Assembly: GCA_963817895.1 (NCBI GenBank)
Contig: CAWFQB010000010.1
Span: 150,877 to 214,876, forward strand
From: an uncultured Chthonomonadaceae bacterium
Lineage (GTDB): Bacteria > Armatimonadota > Chthonomonadetes > Chthonomonadales > Chthonomonadaceae
DNA: 64,000 bases
Direction: 5' to 3'
Shown here: in pieces, positions 31,567 through 41,015 of the stretch
How the letters are laid out: each line of letters begins with the position of its first letter
Numbering within the stretch: the stretch's first letter is position 1
Position numbers and translations under genes: made by a program
Notes under the pieces: model-generated
The model's input: only the letters and a program-made list of their open reading frames with translations
The model's database searches: none
Told to the model about the DNA's origin: nothing

Positions 31567-32121
31567 ATGCAGTTACCCATCCGTATGTTTATGTGTCTTA
31601 CACTTCTCACTATCATGTGCATAGGTGGCTCGGCTCAATCTCCACTACAAGGCAATCCGCCTGCTCGGGTAATAGCCGCAGGCAACCCTCTGGTATTGCA
31701 AGGAATACATGACCTTGCAGTTGTTGTATATGCTCCTCCAAAGGAGTTAGCAGCCTTCGGATTAGATCAAACAACATTGCAAACTGATGTGGAATTGAAA
31801 CTCCGTTTAGCAGGGATAAACGTGTTATCCTCAAAAGAGAATGAGCGCACACCGGGCTTTCCTCATTTGACTGTAACAATAGAAGCGATGCGAATGGATG
31901 CTCCCATCCAAGATGTCTTCATGTTTAACCTGAAAGTTCGACTTAGAGAAAACCTTCTCTCTGTTCGTATGCCGCGATCCACTATCCTTTCTATTCCCAC
32001 ATGGGAAGACGGGAGTTCTGGAGTAATAGGAGTGAACAAAATACCGCAATTGCGCGAGAATGTCAAAGATAGGATTGATAAATTTCTAAATGACTACCTA
32101 ACCGCTAATCCTAAGAAGTAG
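31567..32121 (+). CDS. Secreted hypothetical protein
   Basis: Signal peptide; LQTDVELKLRLAGI...IDKFLNDYLTANPK; visibly AT-richer DNA. Confidence 0.7.
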   Translation: MQLPIRMFMCLTLLTIMCIGGSAQSPLQGNPPARVIAAGNPLVLQGIHDLAVVVYAPPKELAAFGLDQTTLQTDVELKLRLAGINVLSSKENERTPGFPHLTVTIEAMRMDAPIQDVFMFNLKVRLRENLLSVRMPRSTILSIPTWEDGSSGVIGVNKIPQLRENVKDRIDKFLNDYLTANPKK

Positions 32122-32228
32122 CGAGTGGACGCATATATTGCACCTGCCTCGTTGCTGAGAATCTGATTTTGCTTTGCCGATAATGGAGGGGAACAGGTTC
32201 AAAACAGAAGCAAAGGGGACGGTACGGC

Positions 32229-32778
32229 ATGGCGATGATGGGAATGGCGAGTTTGCGGAGCAGTCGGGTGCAAATAGGACTGGCGATTGTGGGGGCGGCG
32301 GGCGTGTTCGCGGGGGCGCGGCTTTCCAGAGCGCATACGGTGAGCGGCGACAGCGCATTAACCGTCGCCACTGTGGACGGAACCTGGGAACTGCAATCCG
32401 TCGGGGGAGATCCCATCGGGCCGAACGTGGAATTCGGGCGTCCTTTCGCAGAGAGTGGTTTTCGGGCATGGCGCGGTGCAGGGGGAAACAAAGCTTCTTG
32501 CCGCCAGCGCTGCCGGAACCACGACGATGCCATTCCCCGACCTGAGCGTAGCAGAGGTTCAGGAGAGCGCGGACAGCCATACCGTCACCGTCACCTGGCG
32601 CGGAACCTACGCCGTTTTGCCTAACAGCCGCCTTGACCTGCGCATCGGCAAGGCGCAGTACAAACTGGCCGGCAAATTCAACCCCCAAACCCACCTTCTG
32701 GAACTGGAACAGGACGCCATTCTCACCTACAAAGGCGCGGCGCTGTACCGTCCCACACAAACCCTCGCCCGCAAGTAA
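32229..32778 (+). CDS. Exported hypothetical protein (frameshift near 32440)
   Basis: N-terminal TM, VDGTWELQSV; continues in ORF 32455-32778. Confidence 0.55.
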
Positions 32779-32830
32779 ACTTGTTTCGTAACACGAATCA
32801 ATTTGCAACATTGAAAGTTTTCCGCCGTAT

Positions 32831-32868
32831 AAGCCAGAGGAGTCCGCAAAGACTTCTCTGGCTTGTTT
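32831..32868 (+). terminator. Terminator hairpin
   Basis: AAGCCAGAGGAGTC-CGCAAA-GACTTCTCTGGCTT GTTT. Confidence 0.7.
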
Positions 32869-32996
32869 GCGCAATCCTGACGCGCAGCCATTCGTAAAAC
32901 GAACTGGTATACTGATGTTGACGAATTCGCGCCCGACGCGCTTTTAGATAAGTCTTACTTTAGTTGTTTGCAAGAACGGAAAGGCATACCCGACGC

Positions 32997-35384
32997 ATGG
33001 CTTTGCTCGACACGCTGCCCGAAGAGGTAGAAAATACATTGCGGGATCTGCGCGCCAACGCCGCAGTCACCAATGGTGAGGGAAAAGGGAAAAGGGAAGA
33101 GGGAAAAGAGGAGATACGAGAAGGAGAGGATTCATCCCTCATCCTTCATCCTTCATCCTTGCCTGACGATGACGACAATCTGGAAAACGCGCCGATTCCC
33201 ACAGCCGAAAACCCGCTCGTGTTTGAAACCGACATTACCCCGGAGGGCGCGTTTCATCCCGAATGGCTGGTTGTGGACGATGCGCAGGTGTACGTGTTTT
33301 CGCGCAATGGCGGTAACAGGGCCAAAATGCGCCACGCCATTCCGCTGACGCGAATTCAGGAAGCCAAAACCGATACGCTGGTCGGCAACGGTTCCATTCA
33401 GATTCGGACGGATGAAGAAACGATCTCTCTTGTGCGATTTTCGCAGGCCGAAATTGGCGAAGCCAGCATTGTGGCGCGGCAACTCAACGCCCTTGCCAAA
33501 GGCGAACCGCCCAAACAGGAGAAGGTAGACGAGAAGCGCAAGAACTGCCCCAACTGCAAGCGCCTGCTGCCCTCCGACAGCGAGATTTGCCCCGCCTGTA
33601 TCAACAAGCGGGCGGTCATGCTGCGCCTGTTCCAGTTTTTGACGCCCTACAAACAGCAGGTCGCGCTTGCCATCGGCCTGATTGTGGGTATCACGCTTGT
33701 TGACCTGCTGCCGCCCTGGGTTGCAGGCCGCATCATAGACACCATCAACGCCCAGACTCGCGCCCATGATACCACGATGCGGCCCCTGCTCGGCTTTGTT
33801 GGCCTATTTGCCATTGCCCGCGTCGCCAATGCCGGGTTTGTGTACGGGCAACGCCGCCTGAACCCCTGGCTCGGCGGGCGTATCACGATGGACATTCGCA
33901 TGGCGCTGTACGACAAGTTTCAGCAGTTGTCCCTCGCCTATTACGATAAGCGCAGCACGGGCAGCGTGATGGCTCGCGTCACCAACGACGCCGAAAACCT
34001 GTGGGACTTCCTCGCGGACGGCATCCCCTGGCTTATCAGCAACGTTCTGACTCTGATCGGCATCGGCTTCGTGTTGTTCAAACTCAACTGGCAACTGGCC
34101 CTGCTGATGCTGACGCCCGGCCCGTTCATTTTCGCGCTGACGCGCTGGTTCATGCCCCGCGCCCGCAAGAAATACCATGTCGTGTGGCGGCGCATCAGCA
34201 AAATGTACTCCACGCTTAACAGCACCCTGACAGGTATGCGGGTCGTCAAAGCCTTTGCGCAGGAGGGCCGCGAGGTCAACAACTTCCGTACCCGCAACAC
34301 CAATGTCTTTCAGGCCAGTTATGAGGCCAACGCCTTTCGCGCCACGTATGTCCCGCTTCTCGCGCTTCTGATGAGCAGCGGCAGCTACATCATCTGGATC
34401 GTTGGCGGGCGTCAGGTTCTTAACGGCATCACCATCAGCGGCCATCTCATGTCCATCGGCCTGCTGACGATGTTCAACGGCTACCTGATTCAGTTCTATC
34501 AGCCGTTCCAAAACTTCTCGCAGGTTCTCGACTGGTCTACCCGTTCGCTCACTGCAGCCGAGCGCGTGTTTGAAGTGCTGGATACCGAACCCGACATTCG
34601 CGAAGCCGACAACGCCGTCCGCATCCCCGACATTCAGGGCGAAGTGGAATTCAAGCACGTCGCATTTACCTACGACAAAGCCAACCGCGTCCTTGACGAC
34701 TTCAATCTGCATGTTCAACCGGGGGAAATGATCGGCCTTGTCGGACACAGCGGCGCGGGCAAATCCACCATTATCAACCTCCTCTCCCGCTTCTACGAGG
34801 TTACGGAGGGGAAAATTCTGGTAGATGGGGTGGACATACGCAACATCGCGGGCGAAGACTTCCGGGGGCAATTAGGAATCGTCTTGCAGGAACCGTTTTT
34901 GTTCCCCGGAACCCTGCGCGATAACATTGCCTATGCCAAACCCGACGCTACGATAGACGAAGTGTTTCTCGCGTCCAAAGCCGCCAACTGCCACGAGTTC
35001 ATTCTCAAGTTTCCCGACGGCTACGATACCTATGTGGGCGAACGGGGACAACGGCTATCGGGCGGCGAACGCCAGCGCATCTCCATTGCCCGCGCCATCC
35101 TGCACAACCCCAAAATCCTGATTCTGGATGAAGCGACCGCCAGCGTGGATACGGAAACCGAAAAACTCATTCAGGAAGCTATCACCCGCTTGATTGAAAA
35201 CCGCACCACCTTCGCCATCGCGCACCGGCTTTCCACTCTGCGCAACGCCAGCCGCCTCGTCGTTATGAAAGAGGGCAAAATGGTCGAATGTGGAACCCAC
35301 GAAGAACTCATGGAAGTGGACGGCGAGTACGCCAAACTCGTCAAAATCCAAACCGAAGTCAACCAGATACAGGCCGCCGTGTAA
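32997..35384 (+). CDS. ABC exporter, fused permease/ATP-binding, with N-terminal extension and zinc ribbon
   Basis: CPNC...CPAC; TM region; GHSGAGKST, LSGGERQR, ILDEAT, IAHRLST. Confidence 0.93.
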   Translation: MALLDTLPEEVENTLRDLRANAAVTNGEGKGKREEGKEEIREGEDSSLILHPSSLPDDDDNLENAPIPTAENPLVFETDITPEGAFHPEWLVVDDAQVYVFSRNGGNRAKMRHAIPLTRIQEAKTDTLVGNGSIQIRTDEETISLVRFSQAEIGEASIVARQLNALAKGEPPKQEKVDEKRKNCPNCKRLLPSDSEICPACINKRAVMLRLFQFLTPYKQQVALAIGLIVGITLVDLLPPWVAGRIIDTINAQTRAHDTTMRPLLGFVGLFAIARVANAGFVYGQRRLNPWLGGRITMDIRMALYDKFQQLSLAYYDKRSTGSVMARVTNDAENLWDFLADGIPWLISNVLTLIGIGFVLFKLNWQLALLMLTPGPFIFALTRWFMPRARKKYHVVWRRISKMYSTLNSTLTGMRVVKAFAQEGREVNNFRTRNTNVFQASYEANAFRATYVPLLALLMSSGSYIIWIVGGRQVLNGITISGHLMSIGLLTMFNGYLIQFYQPFQNFSQVLDWSTRSLTAAERVFEVLDTEPDIREADNAVRIPDIQGEVEFKHVAFTYDKANRVLDDFNLHVQPGEMIGLVGHSGAGKSTIINLLSRFYEVTEGKILVDGVDIRNIAGEDFRGQLGIVLQEPFLFPGTLRDNIAYAKPDATIDEVFLASKAANCHEFILKFPDGYDTYVGERGQRLSGGERQRISIARAILHNPKILILDEATASVDTETEKLIQEAITRLIENRTTFAIAHRLSTLRNASRLVVMKEGKMVECGTHEELMEVDGEYAKLVKIQTEVNQIQAAV
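33079..33160 (+). repeat. Composite tandem-repeat insertion translated in frame
   Basis: (GGGAAAA)n...GAGATACGAG...(TCATCCY)x4 encoding GKGKREEGKEEIREGEDSSLILHPSSL. Confidence 0.9.
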
Positions 35385-35436
35385 GCAGGATATGTTACGC
35401 TGTAGACGAATTTGGAGTTAAACATGTAAACTCCGT

Positions 35437-37506
35437 TCACAGCGCGTGTTGTTCCAGATAGCGCCGGTACAGGTCGCAGCGGAATATCACTTTGCCGTCC
35501 CGCGTCTGCTTGATGATACCCGCCGACAGCAGGCGATAGTACGAATCCTGATCATTGCGCGGGCTTCCGGCCAGCAACGCCCGCGCGTACTCCACGACGG
35601 CGGGCAGGCGCGTCACCGCCACCAGAAGCCGCTTCAAGTGGTCGGAAAACGGCCCGTCGTCGCGGGCGGCCTGCGCGTTGAGCGTGTCCAAATCCATTTT
35701 GCCGGTCGCCAGCGTGTCCAGCGCGCGGCGGGTCAGGAACGGCTGTCCCCCGATCAGGCCATGCAGAGTTTCCACTTCCTGATAGTTCTTTAAGGGACTG
35801 CCGTAGCGTCCGTTCAGGTCTACGGTTTGCTGAATGTTGAAATCTTCTAAATCCAATCGCCGCCCGACGTTGAACGGCGACTGGTTCAAATCCTGAATAA
35901 ACAGATGCGCTTCCGTGGCATACGCGATTACGACGGTCAGCTTGTTCCAGGGGCCGTCCGGTTCCGTCGAGCGCGAATTGTGCCACGAGCGCACCAGCCC
36001 GAAAAAGTCACTTGCGAACGGGGCGAGGAACAGTTTGTCTACTTCATCCATGTACCAGACAAGCGGCTCTTCCGCGCTGTCGAGCAGTTCGCGCAGGAAG
36101 TTCTCCATATTCAGGTTCGCGCCAAAAATCTCGTCCCACTCGCTTGCAAAGTCGTACTTGAACTTCAACTGCCGGGCAAGGGTGGCGGCAAGCAGGCGGT
36201 AAAACGTTTCTTCTTCCGCCATCTGCGACGAGTTGAGTTTCTGAAAATCCGTTATTCCCACCCGCCAGCCCATCTCTTTGGTATGCTTCGTTCCCTGCGC
36301 CAGCAGACTGGTTTTGCCCATTTGCCGCGCCCCTTTGACCAGCAGAATACTCTCCTGATGTTGCAGCGCGAGTAGAAACTCCTGATCGCAGGCGCGCGGC
36401 ACATAGAAGGGCGAGTCGGGCGGCACGGCTCCCCCGACCGGTTCCAGTTTGACCTCTTCCTGCCGCGCTTTCAGCGGTTCGGTAATGGCCGACAGCAGTT
36501 CCGCCAGCAATTTTTGCGTGTCCCCCTCGCCCGTCCACGCGAACTGCGCGTGGGGACTGATGAGAGTGGAAATCACGCCTTCCGGCACATCCTCGCTGCC
36601 GATACGCACGGGCAGCAGGATGGGCTTGGCCGTCCGCGTAAGTTGGTCATTCGCGATTTCGATCTCAAATTCCAGCATCTCGCTTTGCAGGGATTTGGGC
36701 GAAACAATGGCGATCACCGCGTCCGCCGTTCGGATGCGGTCCTCTACGGTTCTGGCCCAGTTCGCGCTGATTTTCGTCTGGCTGTCCGTAAACACTTCGT
36801 GTCCGCTTTCGCGCAGGCGCTCCTCCAGAAACCGCAAAACATGTTCGTCCGGCTGCTGATTGGGTTTGTACAGCAGGGCGATTTTCTGCGTTTTGCCCGC
36901 CGGCGTAGAAGTCCAGTTGGAAGCGACGGGCGCGGCCTTCATGCGCGAAGGCGGCGCATGGTTTCCGGCCTCTCCCGAGTGGAGGCTGTACAGATGCACA
37001 ACCTGATCGTGCTTGGCCCTGCTTTCGCCCAGCGGCTGAATGTGGGACGCCCAATCCTCGAACTGCTGTAGCCAGTTGGCGTACTGCACCGACATCAAAA
37101 TGTGTCCCGCGTCGCCCATGTCCATCACGCGCTGCGCGGTATTGATACCCTCGCCGACAACATTCTCCTTGCCCGTAATATCAATCTGCCGCTGCACCAA
37201 TCCGCTGTGCAGCCCCATGCGAACGGGCAGTTTCGTCGTGCCGCCATGCAGTCCGAGCGCAACGTCAAGGGCGCATTGCGCGGGCGCGATCACATCGCTG
37301 TAAAACAGCAGCGCCATGCCGTCACCTGTCGGTATCGGCTGCACGGCATTGGCGGCAAACGCATCCGCGAACGCTTTAGAGGCCGTGACCGCCGCATTGA
37401 GCCGACTCAGCATCTGGCTCTGCATCCCCGTCGTTTCGCGGGAATATCCAACGATGTCCAGAAACAATACATGCGCGATCTGCGCCGAGCGGGGTTTATC
37501 AGTCAT
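35437..37506 (-). CDS. Class III nucleotide cyclase + TIR-like + AAA_35 ATPase fusion
   Basis: FLDIVGYS/TGDGMAL/GEGINTAQRV; EVFTD...ADAVIAIVSPKSLQSEMLEFE; GGAVPPDSPFYVPR, GARQMGKTS, MDEVD, SPFNVG. Confidence 0.88.
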   Translation of the reverse strand: MTDKPRSAQIAHVLFLDIVGYSRETTGMQSQMLSRLNAAVTASKAFADAFAANAVQPIPTGDGMALLFYSDVIAPAQCALDVALGLHGGTTKLPVRMGLHSGLVQRQIDITGKENVVGEGINTAQRVMDMGDAGHILMSVQYANWLQQFEDWASHIQPLGESRAKHDQVVHLYSLHSGEAGNHAPPSRMKAAPVASNWTSTPAGKTQKIALLYKPNQQPDEHVLRFLEERLRESGHEVFTDSQTKISANWARTVEDRIRTADAVIAIVSPKSLQSEMLEFEIEIANDQLTRTAKPILLPVRIGSEDVPEGVISTLISPHAQFAWTGEGDTQKLLAELLSAITEPLKARQEEVKLEPVGGAVPPDSPFYVPRACDQEFLLALQHQESILLVKGARQMGKTSLLAQGTKHTKEMGWRVGITDFQKLNSSQMAEEETFYRLLAATLARQLKFKYDFASEWDEIFGANLNMENFLRELLDSAEEPLVWYMDEVDKLFLAPFASDFFGLVRSWHNSRSTEPDGPWNKLTVVIAYATEAHLFIQDLNQSPFNVGRRLDLEDFNIQQTVDLNGRYGSPLKNYQEVETLHGLIGGQPFLTRRALDTLATGKMDLDTLNAQAARDDGPFSDHLKRLLVAVTRLPAVVEYARALLAGSPRNDQDSYYRLLSAGIIKQTRDGKVIFRCDLYRRYLEQHAL

Positions 37507-37564
37507 AAAACGCGCATATCCTTTTCTTTCCAATTGTCTTCCAGGTAACTCCCGGTCACGGGAG

Positions 37565-40500
37565 TTACTTGGAAGACACCTTCCCAAGCCGCGTGTCATC
37601 CGCAAACCATACTTTCGCCGTGCCATCATTACTGCCCGTGACTATGCGCTTACCATCAGATGAAAACGCGACGGATCTAATACCATCCGTATGCCCTTTG
37701 AGTGTCAAAAGTTCTTGTCCGGTTTGCGCGTCCCACACCTTTGCGGTCTTATCGCTACTGCCCGTAACGATGCGCTTGCCATCAGGAGAAAAAACAACAG
37801 AACTGACACTGTCGGTATGTCCTTTGAACGTCAAGATTTTGTACCCGGTCTGAGCATCCCACATTGAGGCCGTGTTATCCTGGCTGTCTGTGACAATCTT
37901 TGTGCCGTCTGGAGAGTAGGAAACAGACCGGATATAGTCTATGTCCCCTTTGAGCATCAACACTTCATGTCCCGTCTGCGCATCCCATACCTTTACAGTG
38001 CCATCGGCACTGCTGGTTACAACGCGCTTGCTATCCGGTGAGAACGCAACGGCGAAAACAGAGTCCGTATGTCCTTTAAACGTCAGCGCTTCCTGCCCGG
38101 TCTGCGCATCCCATATTTTTGCGGTATTGTCCTGACCGCCCGTAACAACGCGTTTTCCATCAGGAGAAAAGGCGACAGTATCCACGCTAATGGTATGTCC
38201 TCTGAGGGTTAGCGCTTCATGCCCTGTTTGAACGTCCCACACCTTTGCGGTCTTGTCACCACTGCCCGTCACGATGTGTTTACCATCAGGAGAAAAGGCG
38301 ACAGCATTGATACTGCCCGTATGCCCTTTAAGCGAGAGTAGGAATTCACCTGTTTGGGCATCCCATACTTTTGCTGTCTTATCGCTACTGCCTGTGACGA
38401 TTTTTGTGCTGTCGGGAGAAAAGGCGACAGAACTGCCAGCGTTCGTATGTCCTTTGAGTTCCAGCACATCATGCCTTATTGTAGCGTCCCAAATTCCTGC
38501 TGTGTTATTGTTACTGTTGGTAACGATGTTTTTACCATCAGGAGAAAAGGCGACAGAACTGACGCCATCCGTATATCCTTTGAATGTCAGCGCTTCATGC
38601 CCTGTTTGGGTATCCCACACCTTTGCGGTCTTATCGCTACTACCTGTGACGACGCGCTTGCCATCGGGAGAAAAGGCGACAGAACTGACGCCGCCCGTAT
38701 GCCCTTTGAGCGAGAGTAGGGATTTACCTGTTTGGGCATTCCATATCCTTGCAGTGTTGTCATCACTCCCCGTGACGATCTTTGTACCGTCTGGAGAAAA
38801 ACAAACAGACGAGACACGGGAAGCATGTCCATTGAGCGTCAGCATTTTATGCCCCGTTTGCGCGTCCCATACCTTCGCCGCGCCATCCCAACTGCCCGTA
38901 ACAATTCTTGTGCCGTCAGGAGAAAAGGAGAAGGATGAAATTCCATTTGCAGCGCCTTTGACAGCTAGGAGTTCATGCCCTGTCTGCGCGTCCCACACCT
39001 TCATAGCGTCCAGGCAACCCGTAACGATGTTCTTGCCATCAGGAGAAAAACCAACAGATTCGACGCCGGTCTTACTGGCATCTATTTCGACATGCATCTT
39101 ACCATCATCAACAGAAAAAGAAATAGAACTGATGCCTTCTGTACGCCCTTTGACAGATAGGAGTTCGTGTCCGGTCTGAGCGTCCCATACCTTTGCGGTC
39201 TTATCGTGACTGCCTGTAACAATCTTTGTGCCGTCAGGGGAAAAAGCAACAGCGCTGATATAATCAGTGTGGCCTTTGAGCGTCAGCAATGCTTCGCCTG
39301 TCTGAACATTCCACACCTTTGCCGTCTTGTCCATACTGCCCGTAACAATGCGCTTGCCATCAGGAGAAAAGGCGACAGAGTTGACGCCGCCCGTATGCCC
39401 GCTAAATATTTTCAAACTTAGATGATTCAGACGGTTCCAATATCCCCACTCGAACCCGCGCCCTTTGTACCCATCCGTCGCCTTCAGCAACTCCAGCACA
39501 TGCGCAACATTGTTGCTCTCCCATTCCCGTTGTATCAGGTTCATGTTGGCGACATACAGGTTGTAGTCGGCATTGTCACGGGCGCGATTCGCTTCCAGCG
39601 TTTTGTCGTTGGCAAGTTGGGCGTTGCGGCGGGCGGCGCGGGTTTGGACAAAGCCATAGACCGCCAGCCCGGAGAGTATCACGGCAATGGCGGTTCCCAT
39701 CACGGCTGCGCGTACCATGCCCCGCCAATAGGCGGTCTTCTGCCGTCGCAGTTCGGCGTCCGCGGTATGGTCTGCCACCCACTTTTTGTCGAACACCTGC
39801 GCGTAAATGCGGTTGCGAACCCGCAATAACCCGTTTTCCACCCGCGCCACGCCGGACAGTTTCAGCGCCGCGCAGAGCGGATTGGTGTCGTCATCCGCAA
39901 CCCGCTTGCCATCACGTACCTGCCCGTACAAATCCAGCACAGCCGCCGGTTCCGCATCGCTTTTAAGCAGCCGGTCGCGCACAAACGTCAGGTTGTTGTC
40001 GCTCTCCTTCGCCGTATGCGTCAGAAACAGGTCGGCGCAGAGTTTGTCAACAGAGGGTGTTCGGTGTTCGGTATTCGGTATTCGGTATTGGGCTTCTACG
40101 ATGGCGCTGCACAAACGTTGTGTAAGATACGGGTGTCCATTCGTCCAATACAGCACTCTTTGCAGCAACTTTTCCCCGTGTCCCCCGTGTTCCCCGTGGT
40201 TCAATCCCTTTGCCAGCGGCGCGGCTTCCTGTGGGGTGAAGTCAGTCACTTCCACGCGCCTGCCTATGTTGAACGGGCTGATGCGCGTATCTTGGATCAA
40301 ATCCGAGGGCGCGGCGGTTCCGAGCAGGCAGAAAGACAGCCGTTTCAGCGCGGGATTGACGGCGCGTTCGACATACAACTGCCGAATCGCGCTGAAAAAC
40401 TCATCCGCAGAAAACGGCAGACTGCGCGTGGCGTCAATCTCGTCCACAAAAACCACAATCGGCGCATCGGAAGCCGGCAGCGCGACCTCTTCCAATGCGC

Positions 40501-40897
40501 CGAACAAACGCGGCAACGGCCCTACTCCCTGCGCGGCCTGCGTTTTCCAGTACGCCAGAAACTCACCCCGCAGCCCCAACTCCCGCCCCATGACCGACAG
40601 CAGGCCCGCGTACCACTGTTCCGCGCTCAGGTTGCTGCCGCCAAGTTTCGTCAAATCCACAAAAACGGTTCGGACGCCCGCCTGCCGCAATCGGCCCATT
40701 GTGCGAACGCACAGGCTGGACTTGCCCATTTGCCGCGAATTCAGGACGTAGCAGTATTCGCCCGCCATCAGCGCGTTCCGCAAATCCTCATCGGCCTGCC
40801 GGGTGACGTAGGAAGAGGCTTCGGGCGGCAATGTGCCGCCCGTAATGTAGAACGGGACTGCGGAGGGCGCGGGAACCGACGCCGAAGTAACAGACAT
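37565..40897 (-). CDS. AAA_35 ATPase + TM + 14 WD40 repeats
   Basis: FYITGGTL, NSRQMGKSS, FVDEID, SPFNIG; TM MGTAIAVILSGLAVYGF; 14 GH...FSPDG...VWD units. Confidence 0.92.
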   Translation of the reverse strand: MSVTSASVPAPSAVPFYITGGTLPPEASSYVTRQADEDLRNALMAGEYCYVLNSRQMGKSSLCVRTMGRLRQAGVRTVFVDLTKLGGSNLSAEQWYAGLLSVMGRELGLRGEFLAYWKTQAAQGVGPLPRLFGALEEVALPASDAPIVVFVDEIDATRSLPFSADEFFSAIRQLYVERAVNPALKRLSFCLLGTAAPSDLIQDTRISPFNIGRRVEVTDFTPQEAAPLAKGLNHGEHGGHGEKLLQRVLYWTNGHPYLTQRLCSAIVEAQYRIPNTEHRTPSVDKLCADLFLTHTAKESDNNLTFVRDRLLKSDAEPAAVLDLYGQVRDGKRVADDDTNPLCAALKLSGVARVENGLLRVRNRIYAQVFDKKWVADHTADAELRRQKTAYWRGMVRAAVMGTAIAVILSGLAVYGFVQTRAARRNAQLANDKTLEANRARDNADYNLYVANMNLIQREWESNNVAHVLELLKATDGYKGRGFEWGYWNRLNHLSLKIFSGHTGGVNSVAFSPDGKRIVTGSMDKTAKVWNVQTGEALLTLKGHTDYISAVAFSPDGTKIVTGSHDKTAKVWDAQTGHELLSVKGRTEGISSISFSVDDGKMHVEIDASKTGVESVGFSPDGKNIVTGCLDAMKVWDAQTGHELLAVKGAANGISSFSFSPDGTRIVTGSWDGAAKVWDAQTGHKMLTLNGHASRVSSVCFSPDGTKIVTGSDDNTARIWNAQTGKSLLSLKGHTGGVSSVAFSPDGKRVVTGSSDKTAKVWDTQTGHEALTFKGYTDGVSSVAFSPDGKNIVTNSNNNTAGIWDATIRHDVLELKGHTNAGSSVAFSPDSTKIVTGSSDKTAKVWDAQTGEFLLSLKGHTGSINAVAFSPDGKHIVTGSGDKTAKVWDVQTGHEALTLRGHTISVDTVAFSPDGKRVVTGGQDNTAKIWDAQTGQEALTFKGHTDSVFAVAFSPDSKRVVTSSADGTVKVWDAQTGHEVLMLKGDIDYIRSVSYSPDGTKIVTDSQDNTASMWDAQTGYKILTFKGHTDSVSSVVFSPDGKRIVTGSSDKTAKVWDAQTGQELLTLKGHTDGIRSVAFSSDGKRIVTGSNDGTAKVWFADDTRLGKVSSK

Positions 40898-41015
40898 AGG
40901 ACACCGCCTTACAGACAAATCAGATAAACATGGTACTGCCGTACCTTTGCGAGTATATTGATCTGGTTGAGATCATAATTGAGGAGAAAAATGGAATATG
41001 GGTTCTTTCTCAATC

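Noticed and set aside
32122..32160. Duplication of the methyltransferase 3' end after the 30.7-32.1 kb islet
   Set aside because: Similarity too weak to support by eye
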